A DNA stretch of 64,000 nucleotides from the human T2T-CHM13v2.0 reference genome, Homo sapiens (GCF_009914755.1 NC_060934.1); one strand, 5' to 3'; shown: positions 1-30,469, counted from the first letter of the stretch. A program made the numbers and translations. The notes: generated by a model not told the origin, from the sequence alone.

Positions 1-1354
1 AATAAGATGTTAAAGACTGAGATTACTATTGATAAATACTACCTAATATACACAATCAACACTGGCATCCATGTCAGCTTTGGTGAGGAAAAGAAATGTT
101 TATGGTAGAGGTTTGGGATTTTCAGTATCCTCTATTATAAGGGAACCAGAAGATTATCACACTGAAAGCAGGTACAGGTGCGGGAGCCAGCTCACACCAG
201 CTCAGGAGAGCCACTGCATGCATCTCTTTCCAATTCCATGGTCACACATGTAGCTACCAGGGAACATGGTGAGTATTTATACCACAGAAATCAACAAACA
301 CCACAAATTGGGGTTATTTTTCCCAGAAAGGGTTTGTTAAATATGTACCAGCGTACCACTGTCACAAGCAGAAGACAATTGGACACCCTACACAGAATAA
401 AAAACAGCTGCATAGGGGACTGGATGACAGGGACCGTATACTCTATTAGAGGGCAGCACGCAAATATCTGACAACAAGTCTGCCTCATAGGTTAGGGTTT
501 ATCAACTCCATTTTCACATACTACATAAAAGACCAATCACCACAATGCATGTTTGCATTGCCCCACAGGATTCATACACTATCTACAGAAAACTTCTGAG
601 ATCAACTTACTGATTTCTAAGTTGATAAGGAAACAGAAAATAATCGTGCATATTTTAGAAATAAAACTTCATATCTACCAAGTCACCAGCTCTCTGAACT
701 TCTGCTTCTTCCAAAGGGTCTAGTTATCCAACAGATAACTAATAAGCAATCTGAAAGATAAATTCCACCTCAATCAATCAAATCCTTCTTCCTTTCTCTT
801 TCCCTCCCTCCTTCATCATTTTGATAGCCTTACAGTATCAATTATAGGGAACAAATCTTGCCAAAGAGAAGATAATGAACTTCGATTTTTGTTTTGTTTT
901 ATAAGTAACATTTGATTTAGACTGTAGAAATATCTTATACAGAGATCAAAGCTTCTCAAGCCAAAGGTCATTGTCTCTCCCTTTCGATTAGAAGCATGTT
1001 AATATATAAATAAAACCCATAAAACCACACATGTACATACCCTTCATAACACACGTTTTTTTCCAAACCAAGTATATCACCAGCTTCTTTTAATGTTGGT
1101 TTCTGCCCAATGCTATTTTAAAACAGCCTTATTAAGATAATTTACATACCATAAATTTCACCCATTTTAAACGTACAATTCAATGATTTTTAGTAAATTT
1201 AAAGAACTGTACTCCAGTTTTAGACAATTTCCATCATCCCACAAAGATCCTTCACGCTCACTGGCAGTCAATCCCTGTTCCCATTGCTAGGCAACCACTA
1301 TCTTTCTTTCTCTATAAATGTGCCTTTTTCTGGACATTTCACATAAATGGAATA

Positions 1355-2598
<1,244 letters not shown>

Positions 2599-3009
2599 AT
2601 ACGTAGCATCCGTGTCTACCTTCTTTAATATTTTTGAGGTTAATCCATACTGTAGCATGTATCAGTTCATTCTAGTTCATAATTTTTATTGCTGAAGGAT
2701 TCTACTGTATGAATATATCACATTTTGTTTATCTACTTAAGAGCTGATGTATATTTGGAGTATCCCCTTTTGATTATTATGAGTAGTGCTGCTATGAACA
2801 TTCATGCTGGAGAATTTATATGAACATATGTTTTCATTTATTTGGAGTATATACCTAGGAGTGGAATTGCTGGGTTTTAGAGTATGATTAACTTTTTAAG
2901 ATACCACCAATGTTCCAAAGAGATCATATTATTTACATTTCAACCTACAATGTTTGAAGATTCCAGCTTCTCCATATTGTCACCAGCCTAATTAAATTTT
3001 ATATTATTA

Positions 3010-5145
<2,136 letters not shown>

Positions 5146-5595
5146 AACATCTATTTTTTTATGTCAATTAACAATATAATCTCACAGGTACTTAGTATGT
5201 ACCTCCTTACCCCTGGGCTTATTATCTCAGCTATACCATCTGTCCTCCTGGTCATTATATGCTACTTATCACAAAGCCACAGGTTTTTAAGGTTAGACTG
5301 GACTTCTTCACATGTATTTTAATGATGAAGCTACTAAGGCCCAGTTTAATGCGGCCCAGAGGGGTTTAATGAGCTATTTTAGTCACCAAAAATGAATAAA
5401 TTTAGAATCAGAAGTACTAGGTTCAAGTTCTAGCATTACCACCTAGGATAACTTTGAAGAATTTACCATTCATGGTCCTCAATCTCCTTATCTGTAAAAC
5501 TGGAAGTGTATTATATCATTCATAGGATTTTAATGGAAAACATGGTAGATTGCAAAAATGTAATTATGTACAAATGACAGAAAATTTCCACAAAC

Positions 5596-5751
5596 CTTCT
5601 GAAGTTCATCAAGTAACAGATTTTTCACATGTTGTACTGAGGCTAAATGTGTATTCACTCTGACAGTTGTAAATGATGGAGGATGTGACAGGTGCTTTAA
5701 CAAAGTTTCAAACTTCCTTTCTGCTTCTTGTTTACCTAAAGCAGTCACAAT
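5596..5751 (-). CDS. NSUN6: NSUN6 coding exon 2 (IVTALGKQEAERKFETLLKHLSHPPSFTTVRVNTHLASVQHVKNLLLDELQK, 156 nt, phase 0-0)
   Basis: Minus-strand acceptor tcttttTAG (AG at 5753-5752) and donor GT at 5595-5594. Peptide recognised as NSUN6, with the NOL1/NSUN 'TTVRVN' motif. The next exon lies left of the window. Confidence 0.95.
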
Positions 5752-6537
5752 CTAAAAAGAAGAAGTTCATGTTTAAATTTCCTGAGAATTAAAAACAGTC
5801 AGCAGAGCATCCTTATATATTAATTCCATCTAATGAAACATCGCTTAGCAATTGTTCAGCTCCATTCTATTTTGCTGTATTGTTTATATGTTAATAGCAA
5901 CTAAGGAAATAGTAATACTTCACGGGGTTCTTGGGCTTCAACATGGTAATAAACACCTAAGAAAATGCCTGAAATAAAGGGCTTAGAAAAACATTGCCTA
6001 AACTTCAAAGCATTATGAACATTTTCCAAATATTAGTATCTGCTACATTTATTCACATAAATTCAGGAATTCAGTCTATTTATAATGCATTACCATTACA
6101 GCATCTCTGTAGAGCTAGCATTATATCCAAGTTAGTTGGACGTTAGCTAATTAGCTAACATCATATCCAAGAGCAAACTGGCTGGTATCCTTTTAAAATA
6201 CCAATATTTAAAAAATAAGTAATATTGATATAGTCACTGTCATATAAAGATTCCCCTAGGACATCAGCTTTTTAATATGGTGTTATTAAATGTAACAAAT
6301 ATATATTATCCAAAAAAGATGAGTAGCAAAGACACCTGTCAAATATGACGGTATAAAGACTCAACAATATTCCCTTGTAATTAACCGAAGCTTTTCAAGA
6401 AACGTATTTCTTTTTCTTCCTATTTGACTAAACCCTGCTTTACAGAATCTTCACAAACCACTTGTTAGCCTACTCATGCACCAGCCTTAAAAGTATTCAT
6501 ACTTTCTCAAGGTTTAGTCTTATCAAAACTGAACATT

Positions 6538-6752
6538 CAGCCTGGGCAACATGGTGAAACCCCATCACTACAAACAATACAAATATTATTAGCCAGAGTG
6601 GTGGCCCCTGTCTGAGGTCCCAGCTACTCGGGAGGCTGAGGTGAGAGGATCACTTGAGTCCCAGAGGTCGAAGCAGCAGTGAGCTGTGATCATGTCACTG
6701 CACTCCAACATGGGCAACAGAGGGAGACCCTGTCTCAAAAAAAAAAAAAAAA
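6538..6752 (+). mobile_element. 5'-truncated AluJ-type element
   Basis: cagcctgggcaacatggtgaaaccc...gaggatcacttgag...A-tail. Confidence 0.85.
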
Positions 6753-7117
6753 GGCATAAAACTTAATATTCCTTTCCCTTCAGTACTTTTCACAAAGGCA
6801 TAGCTTTTCATTTTGTAAAACCATACCACTGATGAGACTCGAGGCAGAGGCAGTGTCAAAGAAAGACGTTTGGATCTTCTTTATAAAACGACGTTCTCCA
6901 TTTTAAAATCTGCTGAAAAAATTGTGGTATGCCCCTACTTCTCCTAATATGTGCCTTATATTTTAAGTCCCTTGAAATCAACAGAATATATTTTCTCTTT
7001 CCATACAGTCTAGTACCTCAAGCTAATCTTTGGAAATGAAACGTAGAAATCAAATCTAAAAGGCATGGCTTCAATAACATATTCAAAAATGAGTAACATT
7101 TAAGTGGTGTTACTCTA

Positions 7118-7572
7118 ACTAAAAAAACTAAAGATTTCAAAAAAAACAAAGTTGCTTAGAGGCAACATGGTAAAGTGGTAGAGAGGACAGGCTTTGCAAT
7201 AAAAGACAATCAACATTTACTGAGGACTTCTGTGGCAGGCACTGCCAATAGCAAACAAAATTAACATTTTTTGAAGACTTACATGCCAAAACAATGCAAG
7301 TTGTTTTCATTTACGTTTAATATCCTAAAACAACCTGGTAAAATATTTTTAACTTGACTAAAAAATTAAAGATTTGAAAAAAAACAAAGTTGCTTAGAGG
7401 CAGCATGGTAAAATGGAATAGACAACAGGCTTTGCAATCAAAGATAATCAACATTTACTGAGGACTTTAGCAAATAAAATTAACATTTTTTGAGGACTTA
7501 CATGCCAAAACAATGCTAGTTGTATTCACTTACGTTTAATATCCTAAAACAACCTGGCAAGATATTTTTAAC
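7118..7572. repeat. Diverged tandem duplication (~236 bp + ~216 bp) in NSUN6 intron 1
   Basis: 7118-7353 and 7357-7572 align end to end (aaagatt...caaagttgcttagaggc...acttacatgccaaaacaatgc...tatcctaaaacaacctgg...tatttttaac). Confidence 0.9.
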
Positions 7573-8237
7573 CATTCTCAATTTTTCACAGAAGAGAAAA
7601 ATCTAGGTTAAGCCACGTAATTTACAAAGCACTAGAATGCAAATCAAGTGCCTGAGATTCAAAAGCTGTACCTTTGTTCATTACACCTGAACTCTTTCCC
7701 TCCAGATTTCAATAGTTACTTGATAGCTGTGTCAACTTGGATCAGTTACACAATTCCTTGAGCAGTTTTCTGCTCAAGTCTATTAAAAGAGGAAAAACCT
7801 CTAAGAAAAAAAAGATTGTGAAGATTAAAGATGCAAATCTCCTAGCACAACTGCTGGCATTTAAGAGGCACTCAACAAATTACAGAAACCTTTTCACCTG
7901 AGTGCCAGAGCCAGCGCTCTTTTAAAATTCGATTCGAGTTCTTGAAGACAGGGACCTTTTCTTGTTCATCCTTGTAACCCTTTGTGCCATGCCTGACAGG
8001 CACATGCCTTTTTTCCCTTCTTTTCCACTCCTAAATGTTAAAACATATACCTTATTCACTTCGTATCTCAGTAAGCTTTAATACCTGTAGAAACATATTG
8101 GTATTTTTACACTTGATAGACAAGTAGTAAGGAACGACGGCTGTCAAGATTTCCCTTTATACTTATTTCTATTTCTCTCGAGTGTGCGAATATTTGAGTT
8201 TTTGCAAAATATCAACTAACATCTTTACTTGACCTAC

Positions 8238-8312
8238 CTCCTTATTCATAAAGCCTTCCTTAAGATAGTTTTCAACCTCAGGTCTCAAAGATATCTTAGG
8301 GAAAATAGACAT
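8238..8312 (-). CDS. NSUN6: NSUN6 first coding exon (MSIFPKISLRPEVENYLKEGFMNKE, 75 nt)
   Basis: ATG at 8312 (context aaaATGt), donor GAG|GTAGGT at 8238/8237, phase 0 matching exon 2. N-terminus recognised as NSUN6. Confidence 0.95.
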
Positions 8313-8379
8313 TTTTCCTGTTGTTTAGTTCTCCACAAAGAGAAATGCTGGAAAACGGTGTTTTGTTTTTTTTTTTTCT

Positions 8380-8960
8380 TTCCGAATTAATAGTGACGAG
8401 TGTCTTGACACCAGATGCTGAGGAAAATCTTGCCGATCACGCTGAGTTAATTTCGGAAATGCAGAGGTACACGCTTTCTCAAGCCTAGCCGATTAGAAGG
8501 GGCTGCCGGGCTTCCACCACACCTCATCGAGGCAATGTTTTCTGGTAGAGATGCTCATGGAAATCACTGAGCCAATGCCACTCACGTTGCAAAGAACCAA
8601 AAAAAGAAAAAAATGCTTAGTAACTGAATCCGTGGTGAAACGGACGCAGATCAGTAAGCCAGGCTGACAGCAGCTCGGTCCCTTTATCTTTTCTATCAAT
8701 TTCCAAACACGCGCCCCCTATTTCTCGGCGGAAAGTCGCTTCCGGCTTACGTCACGTCCGGCGCCTGCGGCCCACCCCTCCCTTTCCGGTCCCCCAATCC
8801 ACAGCCGCAAGTTTCCCCAACACTGCGTTACGCTACGCCACGCCCCCGGAGGTTCCTAACCCTGCGTGAGGCTCTTTCACCTGCCTCAGGTTAAGTAGGC
8901 AGACCCCGCGGGCGGGATGGTCAAAGATATTTAGTTCCCGGTACCGGAGGGCTAGGTGCC
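8380..8960 (-). promoter_or_regulatory. NSUN6: CpG-rich proximal promoter and 5'UTR of NSUN6
   Basis: Local CpG enrichment. ETS CTTCCGG 8739-8745, CRE-like TTACGTCA 8747-8754, E2F-like GGCGGAAA ~8727, CCAAT ~8794. No TATA box. Confidence 0.8.
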
Positions 8961-9679
8961 AGGGGCAATGGGGAAACTGCCAAATGGCGTGGGTTGAGTG
9001 GAAGATGTTGCTGGACTGAAAAAAGGCACAGCCCAGTTGCTGTCCTGCCAGATGTCCTCCAGTTAGAGGATGAGGCCAGAATTTGGGCGCATCAGCCACC
9101 GTTTGATTTCATGACATGATTTTACCTCTCTCAGGCATACAGATCTGACTTCAGTTGTGAAGTTCATAGGGTTCATATTTTTGAAAGTTGGGCTAATGGT
9201 CTGTTAATATCCAATGCTCAGGTAAAACTTAAAACCCACAGACAGTGTTTACAGTTAGTTATAAGGCTAACTGCTACTTGTATCATAGTTGACATATTCT
9301 TTAGAGTTTGGAAGACCCTCGCCATTATTTTTTTTTCTTTTTTTTCATCATAAGCAGACAAGGATATAGATTCAAAGAACGAGGATATCTAACCAAACTC
9401 ACTGAGTCATTTTATAACTGTACAGGAAAGTCAAAATAATTCTATCACCTTGACATATGTTTTTTGCAGCACACCATGGTAATTTACACATAAGTATAGG
9501 AAAGGGTTTTTTATTGTTTTTTTCTCTTTAATTTTCACACCGAATTATACACACAGACACACACACATAGAACAGGTACTTTCCATGACACACCAACTCT
9601 TTACCAGAAAGAGTAGAAAATAATGAATGACCATTATACCACACAACAACCTGCAAGTTGTTTATCATTTTCTCTGCTC

Positions 9680-15940
<6,261 letters not shown>

Positions 15941-16199
15941 AATCGATCAATCAATCAATGAGTACATAAATGCATAAGCCAATGAATGAATACGTGAATG
16001 AATAGATTAATAAATGAATGAAGAAGAATCACGGCAGAACTCCTAACCCCTAGCACGCCTGCCTAGGGGAACAGGAATAAGTCAGGAAAGAAACACTCTT
16101 CACTTCTGTGAGTTTTCTAAGGGCAGCAAACGGCGGCTGCTCACTTAGAGAACCTATGGTCTTTCCTGGTTTTAGAGGTCAGGGAAGCAGCTGCTAGCA

Positions 16200-16970
16200 G
16201 CAGAGACTCAAATCAAAGGGGAGTCCCACAAACGTTTTGAAGGCTGACATCAGAAGGAGCACGCACCAAGGGAAATTTCCCACCCCCCCGCGATACCGCA
16301 AATTCCCAGCCGCTGGCCGTTTGGGACTCTCCTACCGGAAGTGAAACCGAAGAAAACGCCACGTCGAAGGCGTGGGTTGCCGTAAGTGCGCCGTCGTCAC
16401 GCGCCTAGCTTCCGGCGATGGGTGGTCCTGGGATCCGGAGGGGAGGCGGGGTGGAGGCGGGGCTTGGGGCTGTGAGAGGCTGTGGTAGGTAGGTGGGTAC
16501 AGACCGAGGGGACTACGGGTCGGCGTTGGGCTCAGTGGGCTCGAAACAAAGGGCTGTCCGGTGGGGATTCGTCGCGGCGCCTTCTGAGTGGTCGGGTCGA
16601 GGCTTCTCGGCCTAGCAGTGCCCTCGCTGCGCGATCTCAGGCGGGTTCTCCTCGGCTCCGCGCAGCCCGCGCCGCGGTGGGGGACCCGGCGCAGCGGCAC
16701 CTGCTGCCGAGGGACCCCGCGGCCCGCCCCGGTGCTCGTGATGGGGCTGATCTTCGCCAAACTGTGGAGCCTCTTCTGTAACCAAGGTGAGAAGAATGGA
16801 GCTGCGCGGCGGCTCGAATCCGAGGCAGAGGGTCCCGCCGCCGATGGGGACACCGGAGACAGGGGACAGAGCGTTCGGAGACGCGGAGGAGGAAGGGACT
16901 TAGGCCAGGGGGCGGGCAGAAACTCAGTGTTTTAGACCTGGAGGACGTACAGGAGAGACCTGACGTGTGG
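16200..16970. promoter_or_regulatory. ARL5B: CpG-island promoter of ARL5B, probably bidirectional
   Basis: Very high CpG/GC content. ETS CCGGAAGT 16335-16342 and CTTCCGG 16409-16415, GC boxes 16443-16463, kB-like sites 16218-16332. Spans exon 1. Confidence 0.9.
16741..16786 (+). CDS. ARL5B: ARL5B exon 1 CDS (MGLIFAKLWSLFCNQ-E; Gly2 myristoylation site and amphipathic helix)
   Basis: gtgATGG strong Kozak; donor AAG|GTGAGA; 46 nt. Confidence 0.96.
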
Positions 16971-17873
16971 GAGAAATAGGGAGGCAGAAGAGAAGGTATT
17001 TGGCGTCCCAGAATTCAAACTGAGAATGTTTGGATATTGGCGAAGTAAAGCGGGATACAGCTAATGATGCCAGGAGGCGTATGGAGGGCCTTTCTCGTCT
17101 TTATTGAAGCGTGCTTGTGTCTATGTGTATCCCCAGGATAAGTGTCCGCCCAGAAACCTAGAACTTTTTTTTTTTTGAGTAATGTAGGTGCTTTGTTTTC
17201 CCGCCCTGCAGTTTGAGCCGTAAGCCAGTGCACTTTCACTCTGATTTCGCCTCCTTTCCTCTAGGACTTGGGAATGAGTTGTCCTATTCAGATGCACGAG
17301 TTTTCCAGCATCTTCATTGTAAACTTTTTTTTTTAAAGCATTTAGTTCAGAAACTAAATGCTTTTCGGTTTTGTGTAAGACGTTACGTGTCCGTAATTAG
17401 TCTGTAACAGGTAATGAGACACCTGGAAGTGGCAGGTCCAAAGGGCCGAGAAGTTGCAAAACCTGTTCTGAATCAGAATGAGATGTGATGTCTTCTGAAG
17501 AGAGAAAACACCCAGACCAAAAAAGGGGCCGACGATAAGTTAAAGTTTGAGGCGTCCTTTGAACAGAATGGTTTCTTAGTAATTGAAACCAGTTTTGAAA
17601 ATCAACTCGTTTCATTTTACATTTAAGAGCCGGGCATCGTTAATAAGCCAGTTTTATTTCCTTTTATGTTGGTACCAATTTGTTACTGCTAATGTAGGTA
17701 TCTAATCTTTTTCTGGATTTAAGAAGTTGTGGAGGTAATGGAATGGCTTTAGTTGACTTGTTCTGTAGATTGATAAGAACACTAAAGCAGTCTTTTTCAA
17801 GGTTATAAATATAGATACAGGCACACACATGTGTATATATATGTATATGCCTGTATCCAGTAACCACAGATAA

Positions 17874-22448
<4,575 letters not shown>

Positions 22449-23680
22449 GGAGAATTATAGTGAGTTATACTAAGCAGGCAAGTTTTGTTTTGTTTTACAA
22501 AGCAGCTTCTACCATAGTGAAAATAGCCCTTCCAGAGGACCGTGTCTGTTTATCCTGCACTGTAATAGGCTGTATCTAGAGTGTGTAGGTCATTGGAAGA
22601 CCTGCACATCTCAAGAACTTAAATTTTCTTGGTCCCTCTTTTTTTGGCTGATGAAGTTTAGAACTTCAGAGTAGGAATATGAGCTGATAGTTGATTATAT
22701 GACCAGAATGTTGACATTCACCAGAGGTCATCAAGAAGAGCGGGATTCTGATATGAGATGTGCCCAATCGTTGCCTACAAATCAACTGTGTTGTGATTCT
22801 GTGGAAACTTCCCTACTTACCCTGTTGATGTTAACTTGTAACTTTTTAAGCATTCTTCTGCCTTGGAGAAGGGGATCTTTAGTATACTTGGCATAAGTGA
22901 AAATCTAGGAAAGATGGTATCTGGGTTGTTTTCTGTATTCAAAGGACATTGCAGAATATATACCACTTAACGGAATAATTAGATGAGCTTTAGCAACTAC
23001 TTATTAAAAGAGGTGAATATTTAGTGCATGGCACCCAAAGGAGGAAAGAACTGAAGAGATTTTCATTGTACAAAGAGCAGAAACAGAATCTGCTCAAAAG
23101 AACTGTAGAAGCCGGTTGAAAAAATGTTAAACAATGAGTAATTGTGTAAAAACTTGAGAGTATATGTTTGTCTTTGTGACACATGAAACGTTTCAATTTT
23201 AAGCTTACATGGGATTTTTAAGTGAGAGGAAGAAACAGATCCTGGTATACATAGGTGGGGAAACTTACAGATATGAAAACATTTTGATAAAAAGCTAACT
23301 TGATTGGTACAGAGCTAAAAAGGTGTGTAAAACAGGCTTTTTAAAAAACTTACATTTAGGTTATAATTTTTGCCTAGATTAATATTTGGGTCTCCTCTCC
23401 CCTAGATGCAATATAAGTGACCAACTTTGCTGGTGTTTCCTGCCTACCCATCTCCCACATTCTTTTACATGAGAACTAGACAGAGAATCAATGATAATTG
23501 ATTTTGTTACTTAACCTAGGTAGCCTTAACATCATAACATTTCTTTCTGCATTTTAAGTCTAGTGATAGATATTCAGTGAATGATTCTCATTAATGAGCT
23601 AACTAATAATCATTGTTGAAAGCATGTAATTGCAGTAATGCAGTAGTGTTAAATGTTTATGATTTGCTTTCTTTTTGTAG

Positions 23681-23741
23681 AACACAAAGTAATTATAGTG
23701 GGACTGGATAATGCAGGGAAAACCACCATTCTTTACCAATT
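23681..23741 (+). CDS. ARL5B: ARL5B exon 2 (P-loop GLDNAGKT)
   Basis: ctttttgTAG|AACAC ... CAATT|GTAAGT; 61 nt, phase 1 to 2. Confidence 0.97.
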
Positions 23742-24806
23742 GTAAGTATGGGTGTTTATTAAACAGTTTTCACTAGTTATTGAAACTAATGTGTTTACAA
23801 TTAATAAGAGATGCATTATAATAATGACGGAAAAACTTAAATATATGTTTTTTGTTTTTTGTTTTTTTAATTTTACCGAACACAATCTATAGAAAAGTGA
23901 GTGAAATAAACATTTGCTAAACCCTTCACAAACACTTATTGTTTTCTGCCCTCGAAAGAAAGAAATTAATATTAAATAAATAAAGCGCATATTAGAAGTG
24001 CTGGGGTGAGGTGATAAAGTGGATTTCACTTAGTTCTTACCCCACTTGGGTTTATGTAAATAAATTGATAGCTCTAGGAAGCCATTGCTACCCTCCTGAC
24101 TAATAGCTTTGGAATTTTTTAACATAGCCAGACTTGTCAAGTCAAAAGAAATGTGATCACTCCTGAAAATATTGCTGTAGTAGCTTGCAAGAGGGAGAGT
24201 CTTGAGACTTTCAGAGAAATCTGTTAATACCTTAGGAAATTTTCACAGCTCATCATTCCACTTGTCAGAGTACCTTCCATTATCCTTTCAATGCCAATGA
24301 AATGATAGTATTAAGCAGTAGAAGTGGATCTACCAGGCACTTTAACAAAATAGTTCTACAGTTCTTTGCCCCATTGTGTGGCTCTTACCTCTTCCCACTC
24401 ATGTTGCATTAGAAGACAGCCATCAGCTCACCAGAAGTACTTCATTAGCCAGTGATTAACGCATTTTTCAGCTACTTTGCTAAAAAGCTACTGACTTAAA
24501 GTTTGTTGTTTCAGAGTTGAATAACTACTTGTTTCTCTTGAAAACATTTTCATTCATTGGTGATTATGTGTTTAAATATGAATTAGCTTTTAAACATCAC
24601 ATATAAACATTTCAGAAACCTGTCATCTTTGTTGAAATAATTTTACACATGGCTTCAAAAATATACATAAAACCCAAGAGAATTGCAAGCCTCCTCCAAC
24701 ACAGTAGTGACATGTTACTGGCAAGGGCATATTTGTTGAATTAATTGATTAATGTAGCTTTACCAATGATTATGATAATACGAGGGGTATGAGCATCAGT
24801 ATTCTA

Positions 24807-24807
24807 A

Positions 24808-24857
<50 letters not shown>

Positions 24858-25113
24858 TTGAGACAGAGTTTTGCTCTGTTTCTAAGGGTGGAGTGCAATG
24901 GCGTGATCTCCACCTCCCAGGTTCAGGCGGTTCTCCTGCCTCAGCTTCCAGAGTAGCTGGGATTACAAGCGCCCACCACCACGCCCTGCAAATTTTTGTA
25001 TTTTTAGTAGAGACGAGGCTTCACCATGTTGGTCAGGATGGTCTCAAGTTCTTGACCTCAGGTGATCCACCCAAAGTGCTAGAATTATAGGTGTGAGCCA
25101 CCACACCTGGCCT
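24807..25113 (-). mobile_element. Alu whose tail is a (TA)n(CA)n microsatellite (24807-24855)
   Basis: atatatat...acacacac followed by tttgagacagagt. TSD-like ttctaaatata on both sides. Confidence 0.85.
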
Positions 25114-25640
25114 TCTAAATATATCTATAGTTAATTTAAATTTTTACTTGCCCATGGTCATCTTTTTAGGACTACTTTAGATTAATATGCCTGAATTAAT
25201 TTTTGTGACTAAGTCTCAATTTAGACAGTCTTCAAAATTATAGATAGCCTGCTATCCAATATTTGCTATTTTGCAATCACCTAGAAACTTGCTTTTCAGG
25301 ATGGCATGGGACATTGGGTCTTATCTAACTGATAACAGGGCATGGTGGTATTGGAATTTTTGGCCACAGAAATGCAAATTCACACCACACTGTTTCCTTT
25401 CTTTTCCATCAAGCTTGCAATTCCTTCCGTTAAAAAAAAAAACAAACAAGAAACAAGTCTTTCTTCTGGAGTTGTTATCTAGATATTGATTTGCGCAAGT
25501 GTTCTCCAGGTTTATAATTTTCATGCTAATGATCACCATCATTGGTGCAGAAGGTTGATTGATCTTAAAAATACAGAGATAAAAGTTGCTTCAGATTCTC
25601 AAGATTTACAAGAGCTTTTACGGTGTCTGTTTTTCAACAG

Positions 25641-25788
25641 CTTAATGAATGAAGTGGTTCATACTTCTCCAACCATAGGAAGCAATGTTGAAGAAATAGT
25701 TGTGAAGAACACTCATTTTCTTATGTGGGATATTGGTGGTCAGGAGTCTCTGCGATCATCCTGGAACACATATTACTCAAATACAGAG
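25641..25788 (+). CDS. ARL5B: ARL5B exon 3 (switch I PTIGSNVE, switch II WDIGGQE)
   Basis: ttttcaaCAG|CTTA ... GAG|GTATGC; 148 nt, phase 2 to 0. Confidence 0.97.
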
Positions 25789-25881
25789 GTATGCTAAGAT
25801 GAATTTTGAATTTTAATCCAAAGGTCCCGAGAGTAAACATAGAAAGTAATTAGGCTGCACCTGGGCGTATTGACAGTTGCC

Positions 25882-30469
<4,588 letters not shown>

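Noticed and set aside
16332-16853. 173-aa antisense ORF over the CpG island
   Set aside because: GTG start, Pro/Arg/Ser-rich, no recognisable domain; expected from stop-codon scarcity in GC-rich DNA.
22648-22751. Possible C/D-box snoRNA (CTGATGA ... CTGA) in ARL5B intron 1
   Set aside because: Imperfect C box, no terminal stem, no recognisable guide sequence.
25486-25640. ORF extending upstream of ARL5B exon 3
   Set aside because: Intronic open frame; the canonical acceptor at 25640 gives the correct phase and GTPase sequence.
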